From: a virus
Taxonomy: Duplodnaviria; Caudoviricetes
DNA length: 64,000 bases
Virus record (IMG/VR): IMGVR_UViG_3300043364_000002
Location: 1-64,000 of that record
Reading direction: 5' to 3' (one strand)
This document shows positions 9,384-18,210 of this stretch, one piece after another; position 1 is the stretch's first letter, and each line of letters begins with the position of its first letter. Both the position numbers and the translations under genes were made by a program. The notes beneath the pieces were generated by a model. It did not search any database and had not been told where the DNA came from. It saw nothing but the letters and a program-made list of their open reading frames with translations.

Positions 9384-10318
9384 TGACGAACGAACTGTTT
9401 GATGGCGTAGCGCTCGACTTCGAGGAGGGTGACGGATGGTCTGCCGCGCACGGAGACAACGTCGAGCTGATGCGCTCGATGAAGCAGTCGTGTGTCGATC
9501 TAACCGTTACGTCGATCCCTTTCTCCTCACTTTTCACGTATTCAGCGAGCGACCGTGACGCAGGAAACGTGCGAAACGATGGCGAGTTTTTCAAGCAGTT
9601 CTCGTTCTTCGTGACCGAGCTTCTGCGCGTCACGAAGCCAGGTCGCATTGCCGCGATCCACTGCATGCTGCTGCCGTCGTCGAAGACGAGAGACGGTTTC
9701 ATCGGACTGAAGGACTTCCGAGGCGACGTCGTGTGGGCGATGCAGCAAGGCGGCTGGATCTTCCACAGCGAGACCGCGATCCGAAAGGATCCCGTTGTTG
9801 CAGTTCAGCGTACGAAGGCTCTCGGCTTGCTTCACAAGCAACTGAAAAAAGACTCGTGCATGAGTCGCACCGGCATTGCCGATTACCTCGTCGCTTTCCG
9901 AAAGCCAGGCGTGAACCCGGAGCCTGTCACTCACACGAACGAGAGCTACCCCGTTCGGAAGTGGCAGCAAGTTGCCGAGCCAGTTTGGATAGACATCGAT
10001 CAAACCGAAACTCTCAACGGACGAAGCGCACGCGAAGACGCCGATGAGGCCCATCTCTGTTGCCTTCAGACGCAGGTGATCGAGCGCTGCGTGGAGCTCT
10101 GGTCCAACCCTGGCGACTTCGTCTTTGACCCCTACGGCGGCATCGGCAGCACGGGCGTTGTTGCTCTCGAGATGGGCCGCCGTGCTGCGATTTGTGAGCT
10201 GAAGCCTTCGTATTGGACCCAGTCCGTGGCCAACCTACGAAACGCCGAGCCACGCGCCGCCGGCAAGCAAACTAGCCTGCTCGACCTACTACCCGCGAAG
10301 GAGACGACCCATGCGTGA
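9380..10318 (+). CDS. DNA N4-C/N6-A methyltransferase (beta class)
   Basis: TSIPF catalytic motif precedes VFDPYGGIGST SAM-binding motif; ELK..Y. Confidence 0.9.
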   Translation: MMTNELFDGVALDFEEGDGWSAAHGDNVELMRSMKQSCVDLTVTSIPFSSLFTYSASDRDAGNVRNDGEFFKQFSFFVTELLRVTKPGRIAAIHCMLLPSSKTRDGFIGLKDFRGDVVWAMQQGGWIFHSETAIRKDPVVAVQRTKALGLLHKQLKKDSCMSRTGIADYLVAFRKPGVNPEPVTHTNESYPVRKWQQVAEPVWIDIDQTETLNGRSAREDADEAHLCCLQTQVIERCVELWSNPGDFVFDPYGGIGSTGVVALEMGRRAAICELKPSYWTQSVANLRNAEPRAAGKQTSLLDLLPAKETTHA

Positions 10319-10667
10319 GCTACTGGAAGTGGAACGGTTGGCGCGGCTTCTGTTGGCCACTAGCAGCGTCTACGCGGAATGCGATGGCGTGTGCCGAAAC
10401 GAGTTCGACTGCAACAACGAGATCAGCGGCATAGAAGTTTGCCCGAAGTGCGCAACGCAGGTGCCCTTCAAGGTTCGTTGCGACGGGGAGCATGAGTGCG
10501 ACACCGAATGCGGCGCTCATGTGTCTGTCGACCTCGAAGACGCGTGCGATTTCTTTCGCGATCTCCGCCTAGCGCTGGTGGCGCTCGACCTGGCGCGCTC
10601 GCGCGGGTCATTCGGCGAAGAGGCGGTTAGCGGAACGGTGGCGGTAGCAAAAACGGAGGCGGCATAA
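10311..10667 (+). CDS. Cys-rich hypothetical protein
   Basis: Multiple CxxC; RBS AAGGAG. Confidence 0.6.
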   Translation: MRELLEVERLARLLLATSSVYAECDGVCRNEFDCNNEISGIEVCPKCATQVPFKVRCDGEHECDTECGAHVSVDLEDACDFFRDLRLALVALDLARSRGSFGEEAVSGTVAVAKTEAA

Positions 10668-10668
10668 A

Positions 10669-11775
10669 ATGAAACTCGTTGCGACCAAAAGTAATCTCGT
10701 CACCCTGCTCTCGAAGTGCGCGGTCGTCGCCAAGCCGAAGGGACCTATGCCGGTGCTGTCGTGCGTGCTGCTCGAGACGTCCGCATCTGGCCTCGTCGGC
10801 GTCGCCACGGACCTCGCGCAGTCGGTGTCGACGTCCGTGCCGGCTGACGTTGCGAAGCCGGGAGGCGTTGCGGTGGGCGCACGGGACCTTCTCGACCGCG
10901 TGAAGTCGTTTCCTGAGGGGCCGATTACGATCGAGCGCGATGGCGGCAAGTTCAAGATGTCGGCTGGCAAGCGCAAGCACACGCTGCATTGCCTGCCGCC
11001 GGAGGCGTTTCCGGCCGTGTCGAAGAGCCTCGCCAGCGGTCTCACGATGCCGGGAGCAACGCTGCTGGCTCTGGTGCGCCGCACCAAGCCGGCGTGCGCC
11101 ATTAGCGCCGACAGGCCGGCCATTCACGCCGTTCTCCTGGAGTTCTCGGCTGGCAAGATCTCCGCGACCGCGACCGACTCCTATCGCCTCTCGTGGGTCG
11201 AGGAAGCCGTCGCTGGCGCCGAAGCTGGCCCGGCACGCGTTCTACCGCTCGAGGCCGCTGAGGCGCTCTTGGGCCTGTTTGACGACAACACGGAAGTCAC
11301 GATCGGCATGGTCGGCCAGGAGCTCGGCGTGCGCGTCGGCGAGTCGCTGCTCTTCAGTACGAAGCTGGTCGACGCGGAGTACCCGCCCGTGCGCCAGCAC
11401 TTCAAGCTGCCGCCAGCGAACGGGCTGACGGTCTCGCGGCAGGCGCTGACGGAGTCGCTCCTGTCGGTGGAGAAGGCGACCGACGGGCTCACGCGCGGCA
11501 ACGTCCTCCTGACCGCGACCGCCGGCGCGCTGCACCTGAAAGCCGACGGCAAGGGCGGCGCCGAAGACGAGATCGACGCAGCGTTCGCGGGTCCTGAGGT
11601 CTCGGTTGGTCTGAACAGCCGCTACCTGCTGGATGCGCTTGCCGCGGTGGCGACGCCCGACGTGCTCATTAACCTCGGCGGCGACGGCATGGATCCCGTG
11701 TGGCTGCGCCCGACCGACGGCGGCGCCGTCATGCAGATCGTCATGCCGACGCGGCCGAGCGACGTGACGAAATGA
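10669..11775 (+). CDS. dnaN: DNA polymerase III beta sliding clamp
   Basis: PVLSCVLL, ATDL, ATDSYRL, KLVDAEYP, GLNSRYLLDAL, IVMP; 368 aa. Confidence 0.93.
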   Translation: MKLVATKSNLVTLLSKCAVVAKPKGPMPVLSCVLLETSASGLVGVATDLAQSVSTSVPADVAKPGGVAVGARDLLDRVKSFPEGPITIERDGGKFKMSAGKRKHTLHCLPPEAFPAVSKSLASGLTMPGATLLALVRRTKPACAISADRPAIHAVLLEFSAGKISATATDSYRLSWVEEAVAGAEAGPARVLPLEAAEALLGLFDDNTEVTIGMVGQELGVRVGESLLFSTKLVDAEYPPVRQHFKLPPANGLTVSRQALTESLLSVEKATDGLTRGNVLLTATAGALHLKADGKGGAEDEIDAAFAGPEVSVGLNSRYLLDALAAVATPDVLINLGGDGMDPVWLRPTDGGAVMQIVMPTRPSDVTK

Positions 11776-11922
11776 AAAGCGCGACGACGGCTCTTGTCCC
11801 GTTCCAGCAGGCGTCAGCATGAAAACGCCCGCCGAGTGGGAGCTATGGTGCGACGAGCAGTACGCCATCGCCGACCGCTACCCGTGGTGGCACGAGCTCG
11901 TCACCGCAATTCAGGAGGATGC

Positions 11923-12369
11923 ATGCGGCATGAGCCCATCGAAGACTTCGAAGCCCGTCGACGAGGGCCTGTGCCCCACAACCGACGCGACATCACCAAC
12001 GTGCGCAAGGGGCTACTCGTCGCCAAGCGACCCGCCGCGAGAGACCGCTTCAACAGCATCGTCTGGCGCTGCGATTGCGACTGCGGCGGCCACTCCTTCG
12101 TCACTGCAAACAACTTTGTTCACGACCGCGTCAAGTCGTGCGGCTGCGCCAAGCAGAGGCGTCCAATGATCCCACACGTCCGCTGCCTCCAGCGTCATCA
12201 GTCCACGTATCTAGCGGACTGCCTAAACGCTGACGGATCCGTCTCCTTCATTTGTCCAGAGTGCGCCAAAGAGGCAGGCGACGAACTCGTGCTCGTCAAC
12301 TTGCCGCGACTTCTTTTCAAGAGGTTGAGCGAGCTGACGGATGATGAGAAGAAAGCGAGTGGCGCGTGA
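11923..12369 (+). CDS. Zn-binding protein (WxCxCDCG...KSCGC module as in phage HNH/AP2 proteins)
   Basis: VWRCDCDCGGHSFV...KSCGC; AGGAGG RBS. Confidence 0.6.
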   Translation: MRHEPIEDFEARRRGPVPHNRRDITNVRKGLLVAKRPAARDRFNSIVWRCDCDCGGHSFVTANNFVHDRVKSCGCAKQRRPMIPHVRCLQRHQSTYLADCLNADGSVSFICPECAKEAGDELVLVNLPRLLFKRLSELTDDEKKASGA

Positions 12370-12572
12370 CACTCCCCATCATCACCCGCGCTCGCCACGT
12401 CGCCGCCGTCAAGCGGATGGCCGGCTACGTTCAGGCGCTGACCACGGAGAACGATGAGCTTCGCCGGCGTGTCGAACGGCTGCTTCCGCTTGTGCGCGAG
12501 GTGCGGTTTCGCGACGCGATGATCCGGCTGGCGCTGGCGGTGTTGGGGGTTGGGACGGAGGAGAGGCGATGA
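12366..12572 (+). CDS. Small coiled-coil hypothetical protein
   Basis: Overlapping start/stop with neighbours. Confidence 0.5.
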   Translation: MTLPIITRARHVAAVKRMAGYVQALTTENDELRRRVERLLPLVREVRFRDAMIRLALAVLGVGTEERR

Positions 12573-12997
12573 TCGTTCTCGTTACGGGAGGTCGTGACTT
12601 CGCCGACGAAGCGTTGCTGTACGCGACGCTCGACGGCCTCTACGAGCAGTCGTTCTTCCGCCGTCTCATCCACGGCGGATGCCGCGATGCCGACGATCAG
12701 CCGTTTCGTGGCGCCGACGGCTTGGCCGATCGATGGGCACGGGTGTTCGGCGTGGCAATCGAAGCCTACCCAGTGTCTAACGCCGAGTGGACGCGACTTG
12801 GTAAAAAGGCAGGACCTCTTCGCAACGGGTTGATGGTCAAGCGCGCAGGCGAGTTGGCGAACAAGTTCGGAGTTGAAGCGTTGTGCGTCGCTTTTCCTGG
12901 TGGCCGCGGGACGGCTGACTGCATGCGACAGGCGCGTGGTGCGCGGGTGAGGGTTTTGGAGGTGCTCGTTGGGGAGAACCTCGTGACAACTTCCTAG
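12569..12997 (+). CDS. SLOG (YspA/DUF2493-like) family protein
   Basis: VLVTGGRDF, IHGGC..GADGLADRWA, AGPLRN..M, AFPGGRGTAD. Confidence 0.88.
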   Translation: MIVLVTGGRDFADEALLYATLDGLYEQSFFRRLIHGGCRDADDQPFRGADGLADRWARVFGVAIEAYPVSNAEWTRLGKKAGPLRNGLMVKRAGELANKFGVEALCVAFPGGRGTADCMRQARGARVRVLEVLVGENLVTTS

Positions 12998-13054
12998 GAA
13001 CCTCGGGAGATAGATCTGTAAGGAATCAAGTTCGCAATAGTAATCGCAAACCTG

Positions 13055-13083
13055 TTGACAATAGAAGGGCGGATCGGTCATTG
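13055..13083 (+). promoter_or_regulatory. Putative sigma70-type promoter for replication genes
   Basis: Perfect TTGACA at 13055-13060 in an AT-rich intergenic gap; -10 weak; AGGAGG RBS follows. Confidence 0.45.
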
Positions 13084-13104
13084 GAGATTAGGAGGCAAAG
13101 CGAA

Positions 13105-13650
13105 GTGAGTAACTCGAATCGCCCAAAGTGGGACGGAGTCGAGAACGTGCTGGACTGGGCTGCGTCTCTGCCGCCAACGCGCGCGAACGCCACTGACAAG
13201 GCGCTCATTGAACTGCTCTCTGGACCGTCCACGGTCGACTTCGCCTGGTGCGAATCACCAATCGAGACAGCGATGCTTCGGGCGTTGCTTGATTGCCAGT
13301 TGAACACGGACAGGAAGCTCTTCTGGAAGAGCCCGCGACCAACGCTGTTTCAGCAAGTGCCAATGTCGACAGAAGACGGCGAGTTCCGGCTCGACTTCGC
13401 GATGATGCGACCTGTCGGCCCGTACGTAGTTCGTCTAGTTGTCGAGGTAGACGGCTTCGACGTTCATCATGGATCCGTTGATGCGGTGGACAGGGACAAT
13501 CGGCGCACGCGAGCACTTGCGAAGCGCGGCTGGATGGTGATTCGTTTCTCCGGATCGGAGATCACGCACGACGCCGGCCGCTGCGCGCTAGAAGCGATGG
13601 GCGTCATGATCGACAATATCGATCGAGCCGAATCGGCGAGGCGCAAATGA
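13105..13650 (+). CDS. DUF559/Vsr-like PD-(D/E)XK endonuclease
   Basis: ESPIE, FRLDF, VVEVDG..H, DNRR...GWMVIRFSGSEI. Confidence 0.85.
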   Translation: MSNSNRPKWDGVENVLDWAASLPPTRANATDKALIELLSGPSTVDFAWCESPIETAMLRALLDCQLNTDRKLFWKSPRPTLFQQVPMSTEDGEFRLDFAMMRPVGPYVVRLVVEVDGFDVHHGSVDAVDRDNRRTRALAKRGWMVIRFSGSEITHDAGRCALEAMGVMIDNIDRAESARRK

Positions 13651-15044
13651 GCGCCGTGGCCTACGTCGACCACGTCCCGGAGATCCGGCGGGCGCTCACT
13701 GACGTTCGCGGTCTTTGCGGTGCACTCAACTTGCTCGACGGGGCCAAGCGCCAGCCAGGCGGCAACCTGTCGATCTGCTGCCCGACGCACGGCGAGAAAA
13801 ACCCATCTTGCTCCGTCTCGATCGGCGGCGATGGCACGATCCGCGTCAAGTGTTTTAGCTGCGATTGGGGCGGTGACGCTCTGTCGCTTGTCGCCGCTGC
13901 GCGCGGGCTCGACCTGACGCGTGACTTCAAAGACGTGCTGCGCGAAGCGGCTGACATCGCAGGGCTGAGCTTCGATGAACTCGGAGTCGGCGGTGCGCGA
14001 GCGCCGTACGTGCCACCGAAGCCGGTGAAGGCAGACGACAGGACCTACCCGCTGCCGAGCGAGGTCGGCTCACTGTGGGCGCGGTGCGTGCCGGTAACGG
14101 AGCAGCGCGACGTGGCGGCCTGGCTAGAGTCGCGCGGTCTCGACGCCGAGACGATCGCTCGGCTCAACCTGGCGAGAGCGCTGCCGGACGGATTGAACCT
14201 GCCGAGATGGGCGAGTTACCGCGGAGAGGCTGAGTCGGCGAGCCCGTGGGACGATCTCGGCTACCGACTCATCATGCCGGTATGGGACGACCAGTGCGCC
14301 ATGCGCAGCGTGCGCGCGGGCCGCGTCATCGACGGACCTGGACCGAAGCGCCTACCGCCGGCGGGTCGCCTCGCCACGGGGCTACTGCTCGCCAACAAGG
14401 CCGCTCTCGCGATCTTCGGCCACGGCGCCAAAGCCGATCTGCTGATCGTCGAGGGCGAGCCCGACTTCTTCACCTGGGCGTGCGCCGTCGCCGCAGACGA
14501 TCGGATGGTCGGCGTTGTTGGCGTCGGCTCCGGCTGGTGGTCGCGCGCGTTTGCCGCCAAGGTGCCGCGTGGGTGTCGCGTCGTCATTCGGACGCACCAG
14601 GACGCCGCTGGCGACAAGTACGCGGCCGACATCGGGCTGACGCTGGCTCGACGCGCAAAGCTCTTCAGGCCGGCCCAGGACGGCTTTGGAGACGAGAACG
14701 ACCGATTGCGCGCTGGGAAGCTTGGCGCCTCGTTTGACGCCGACGTCGCGCCACTGGCGGTCGATTCGGTGGATCCTGCGTCTTTCCCGTTGGGCAGGCT
14801 TTTCGCAGAGTACTACTGGCTCGGTGACGAGCTCAAGCCGGGCGTGTTCGCGGTTAGGTGCCCGGGGGAGATCGTGCACAACGGAGGGGCGCGCTTTGAT
14901 GGCAGCACGGTCATTCAGGCGCCAACGGAAGGGGAAGAATTCGGGACACTCCGATGTCGCCACGACCAGTGCGTCAGCCTCTGGCGCCGATTCGACCAGG
15001 TAGGCAATGCCGTGGCCCGCCTCGCGGCGGCGGAAGGTCTCTGA
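13647..15044 (+). CDS. DNA primase-like protein (CHC2 Zn finger, TOPRIM, second C-terminal Zn module)
   Basis: CCPTHGEKNPS..KCFSC..GGD; IVEGEPD; HQDAAG; DEND; C-terminal RCP..H...CRHDQC. Confidence 0.8.
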   Translation: MSAVAYVDHVPEIRRALTDVRGLCGALNLLDGAKRQPGGNLSICCPTHGEKNPSCSVSIGGDGTIRVKCFSCDWGGDALSLVAAARGLDLTRDFKDVLREAADIAGLSFDELGVGGARAPYVPPKPVKADDRTYPLPSEVGSLWARCVPVTEQRDVAAWLESRGLDAETIARLNLARALPDGLNLPRWASYRGEAESASPWDDLGYRLIMPVWDDQCAMRSVRAGRVIDGPGPKRLPPAGRLATGLLLANKAALAIFGHGAKADLLIVEGEPDFFTWACAVAADDRMVGVVGVGSGWWSRAFAAKVPRGCRVVIRTHQDAAGDKYAADIGLTLARRAKLFRPAQDGFGDENDRLRAGKLGASFDADVAPLAVDSVDPASFPLGRLFAEYYWLGDELKPGVFAVRCPGEIVHNGGARFDGSTVIQAPTEGEEFGTLRCRHDQCVSLWRRFDQVGNAVARLAAAEGL

Positions 15045-15931
15045 TGAGCTGGGTTCGACTAGACGACCAATGGGCCGACCATCCCAAATTCACGAAAGTT
15101 GGCGACATGGGTCAGCTGATGTGGGTGAAAGCTTTGACGTACGCGTGTCGCTATCGAACCAAGGGGATAGTGCCCACTGGCGCGGTCGCGAAGTTGATCT
15201 CTATGCGCAACACCAGGCATGTCGAAGATCGTCTCGTCAAAGCTGGGCTTTGGATACCGTGCGAAGACGGATACAAGATCCACGACTTCGAAAAATACCA
15301 ACCAATATCCGAAGAGAAGCGACAGCAGCTCGCCACGGCACGAAGCAAGTCAGGAGCAAAGGGAGCGGCCTCACGATGGCAAAACGATGGCAAACGTCAT
15401 GGCAATTCAGATGGCAACTTGCCACATGAAGTGCAATCCACTTTGCCATTGGACACGAATGGCAATTGCCATGATGGCAAAATGGCCCCGTCCCCGTCCC
15501 CGGTAGATCCTAACGGATCTACCCCCCAAACCCCCAATCCGGGGGGCGGTATTCGGTTGGTCGATCTCGCTGCCCGTGGCTACGCGGCAGGTATCCGGGC
15601 CATCACCAAACAGAACTGGGGCTTTCCAGATCGGGCGGACGAGCGGACCGCGATGGTCGAGATCATTTCGCTCCACGCGCCTGGCCTGAAAGGCGACGCA
15701 CTGGAGGCAAGAATGACCGCGGTCGCATCGTCGTACTGCCAAGCAACGCGAGCGCGGGCGCAGTTCGAAGGTGGGTTTCGCCCGAGCAAATGCCTTGAGT
15801 GGCTCAACGCCGGCGGCGACCCTGCTTCCGGAACATACCGCGCCTCAGGTGTCGTAGGCGCCAAGAGAGCCGAGCGTATGGCGGCAGTCCAGTTGGCCGA
15901 CATGGACAAGGCCGAAAGCGAGGACAGATGA
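15044..15931 (+). CDS. Phage replication initiator (lambda O-like position)
   Basis: SWVRLDD..DHPKF N-terminus, LVKAGLW..GYKIHDF..YQ, RS..GAKGA..RW; internal iterons; directly upstream of DnaB. Confidence 0.75.
   Translation: MSWVRLDDQWADHPKFTKVGDMGQLMWVKALTYACRYRTKGIVPTGAVAKLISMRNTRHVEDRLVKAGLWIPCEDGYKIHDFEKYQPISEEKRQQLATARSKSGAKGAASRWQNDGKRHGNSDGNLPHEVQSTLPLDTNGNCHDGKMAPSPSPVDPNGSTPQTPNPGGGIRLVDLAARGYAAGIRAITKQNWGFPDRADERTAMVEIISLHAPGLKGDALEARMTAVASSYCQATRARAQFEGGFRPSKCLEWLNAGGDPASGTYRASGVVGAKRAERMAAVQLADMDKAESEDR
15376..15487. repeat. Iteron cluster ATGGCAA/TTGCCA(T), putative replication origin
   Basis: ATGGCAA at 15376, 15387, 15399, 15411, 15459, 15474; inverted copies at about 15419, 15443, 15466. 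Confidence 0.8.
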
Positions 15932-17265
15932 GCGATCCGATTCACGAGTACGCAATGCCGGCCGATCCGGAGTCTCCGGCTCCGCGCGTTCCTCCACACA
16001 GCAGCGAAACCGAGATCGCGGTGTTGAGCGCATGGTCGCTGCACGACCGGTTTGGAGCGGCCTGGAAACCAGAACCAGAACTATTCCACATCCGTTCCCA
16101 TCGGCTAATCGCAGACGCGATGGTGAAGCTTGGCGGTTCGGCGCGTGACGAGGCGAGCGTCTTCGCGCAGCTCGAAGCGGATGGCACAATGGCCGCCGCC
16201 GGTGGGCCCGGCGAGGTGCACTCGATCATCACGGGTGCGCCAGCGTATGGCGACCCGTGGCCGCACGTTGTCCGGCTACGCGAGCTCCGTGCTCTGCGGG
16301 AGATGCTTGGCCTGGTGAACGTAGCGACCGCGGAGGCGTTCGAGCACCGCAACCTGGGCGGGACAGTAGCCAAACTGCAAGAGGCGATTCGTGCCGGCAC
16401 CGCCGAGTCTGGAACCGCGGTTCTCAGCGTTGCTGACATGATCGCTACCGTCGCCAAGCGAATGATCGAACGCGCAGAGGCGCGCTATTGCTCAACCGGG
16501 CTACCTACGCTCGATCGCGACACTGGCGGTTTGCAATACCAGCAGGTCGCAATTCTCGGCGCGGCGACCAACTGGGGCAAATCGCAGTTCTGCGTGATGG
16601 TCGCAGACAAGACACTGAGCGACGGTAAACGGCCTCTATTGGTGTCCTTCGAGGACTCCGAGGAACTGTATGGCAGACGCATCGTCGCGAGAAGAGCGGA
16701 CGTGAGCGCGTCGCTGCTTCGGGCGAACAGGTTCAAAGAGGGGAGCGCGGAGTGGGGCCGGATCCTAGGCGTGGCGCAAAAGGCCGAGCGTTCGCCGTTC
16801 TTTATCAACGCGGTAGGCAAGACTGCAGAGCGCGTGGCGACCGACATTCGGTGCGTCTGCGCGTCTGAGGACATTGACCTCGTGCTCGTTGACTACATTC
16901 AGGCAGCGCAATGCGCGCGTCGCCAGCAGGATCGTCGGAACGAGATCACGTACATCGCTCGCATTCTCACGGACGTGATCAAGTCGAGCGGTCGCGCGGG
17001 CCTCATGTTCTCGCAATTCAAGCGTCAGCTGAAGAGTGGCGAGACTCCGACAATGCACGATTTAAAAGAAAGCGGTGACCTTGAGAACTCCGCAGAGATG
17101 GTCATGGTTGGCTATCTGAAGGATGACGATGCGCCAGTCGTACGCGTCGACAAGTGCAAAGACGGCATCAAGGGCAAGGAATATCCGCTTGCGTGGAATG
17201 ACACTTGGTGTGGCTTCATGGGGGAAGCGGCAGAGGAGCCTGAATACGAACCGAGGTACCAATGA
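15928..17265 (+). CDS. dnaB: Replicative DnaB-like helicase
   Basis: PPHS.E.E.AVL N-terminus, STGLPTLD..TGG, GAATNWGKS, VDYIQ, SQ, DLKESGDLE. Confidence 0.9.
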   Translation: MSDPIHEYAMPADPESPAPRVPPHSSETEIAVLSAWSLHDRFGAAWKPEPELFHIRSHRLIADAMVKLGGSARDEASVFAQLEADGTMAAAGGPGEVHSIITGAPAYGDPWPHVVRLRELRALREMLGLVNVATAEAFEHRNLGGTVAKLQEAIRAGTAESGTAVLSVADMIATVAKRMIERAEARYCSTGLPTLDRDTGGLQYQQVAILGAATNWGKSQFCVMVADKTLSDGKRPLLVSFEDSEELYGRRIVARRADVSASLLRANRFKEGSAEWGRILGVAQKAERSPFFINAVGKTAERVATDIRCVCASEDIDLVLVDYIQAAQCARRQQDRRNEITYIARILTDVIKSSGRAGLMFSQFKRQLKSGETPTMHDLKESGDLENSAEMVMVGYLKDDDAPVVRVDKCKDGIKGKEYPLAWNDTWCGFMGEAAEEPEYEPRYQ

Positions 17266-17705
17266 CCACCACAGAATTCATCCTGCTCTTCGTGGCATCC
17301 ACCACGATCGCATTCGACATCATCTTCAGGAATACGCTCAGCAAGCGCGCCGCCGCGATGAGCATACGGCTCACGGCGCAGGCTGCTATGTCCGACGCGC
17401 TTAGTCGCAGAGTCGACGTGCTGAGCCAACGGCTCGACCTGTTGAGCGGGAAACCCAAGCGACGCTCGCCGCGCACATCGAAAGCCGATCTCCCGATCCG
17501 CCTCGTCCCCACGGACCCAGCGATTCCGGTCGGCGAGCGCATCGACCTGACGACGCCGATGCCGGAGCGCGCACCGACCGCGCTGACAATCGCCGACCTG
17601 ACGGTGGCGCCCAAGTACGACCTCACGACTGGGAGGAGACTCGATGAGATCACAGCGAGCGGCGTCGGCGGGTCGAAGCCTGACGGTGAAGGGAGCGCTG
17701 CATGA
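17262..17705 (+). CDS. Hypothetical protein with N-terminal TM
   Basis: Hydrophobic N-terminus; ATGA coupling. Confidence 0.55.
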   Translation: MTTTEFILLFVASTTIAFDIIFRNTLSKRAAAMSIRLTAQAAMSDALSRRVDVLSQRLDLLSGKPKRRSPRTSKADLPIRLVPTDPAIPVGERIDLTTPMPERAPTALTIADLTVAPKYDLTTGRRLDEITASGVGGSKPDGEGSAA

Positions 17706-17923
17706 CCACCGCACAAATCGCCGCCGAAGCCGTCGTCGCAGCCGTCAAGCGCTGCCGATACAACGTGCAGGACTACGTGGCGTTCGTCGACGTTCTCGTC
17801 GCGCTCGGCGTCGCAGGTGACGACTTCCGAGTAGTCGACCGCGCACTCCAGCGAGCCCGCAAAGAAGGCGCAATCAAGTGGGACAGCCAACGCGGGTGGA
17901 CCGTGGCGGAGAAGAAGGCATGA
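17702..17923 (+). CDS. Small winged-helix-like protein
   Basis: RVVDRALQRARKEGAIKW..GW. Confidence 0.55.
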   Translation: MTTAQIAAEAVVAAVKRCRYNVQDYVAFVDVLVALGVAGDDFRVVDRALQRARKEGAIKWDSQRGWTVAEKKA

Positions 17924-18210
17924 CAATCAAATCAAACGACCGAGAGCGCGAGAGAACGGCTGAGCTTCAGCGCATTGACCGTATGGCGGCTGAGGCGATC
18001 CAGAAGAGACGACAGGATGATCGCCGCGAGCGGTACGCGCTAGCCGTGTTGACCGCGCTTCTGGCGAAGGAAGACATGCCGACTTCGTACGCGCACATGA
18101 ACGCGCGCAATTTGATGGCCGAATCTTTCTTCGCCGCCGATGCGTTGATCGCTGTCAGTGCTGAGACCTCCGACTGGACTAAGCCGGACGGCGGAGGGAG
18201 TGCAGCGTGA
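17920..18210 (+). CDS. Phage hypothetical protein (RERYALAVLTALLA...AADALI type)
   Basis: Common phage small-protein pattern; coupling. Confidence 0.6.
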   Translation: MTIKSNDRERERTAELQRIDRMAAEAIQKRRQDDRRERYALAVLTALLAKEDMPTSYAHMNARNLMAESFFAADALIAVSAETSDWTKPDGGGSAA

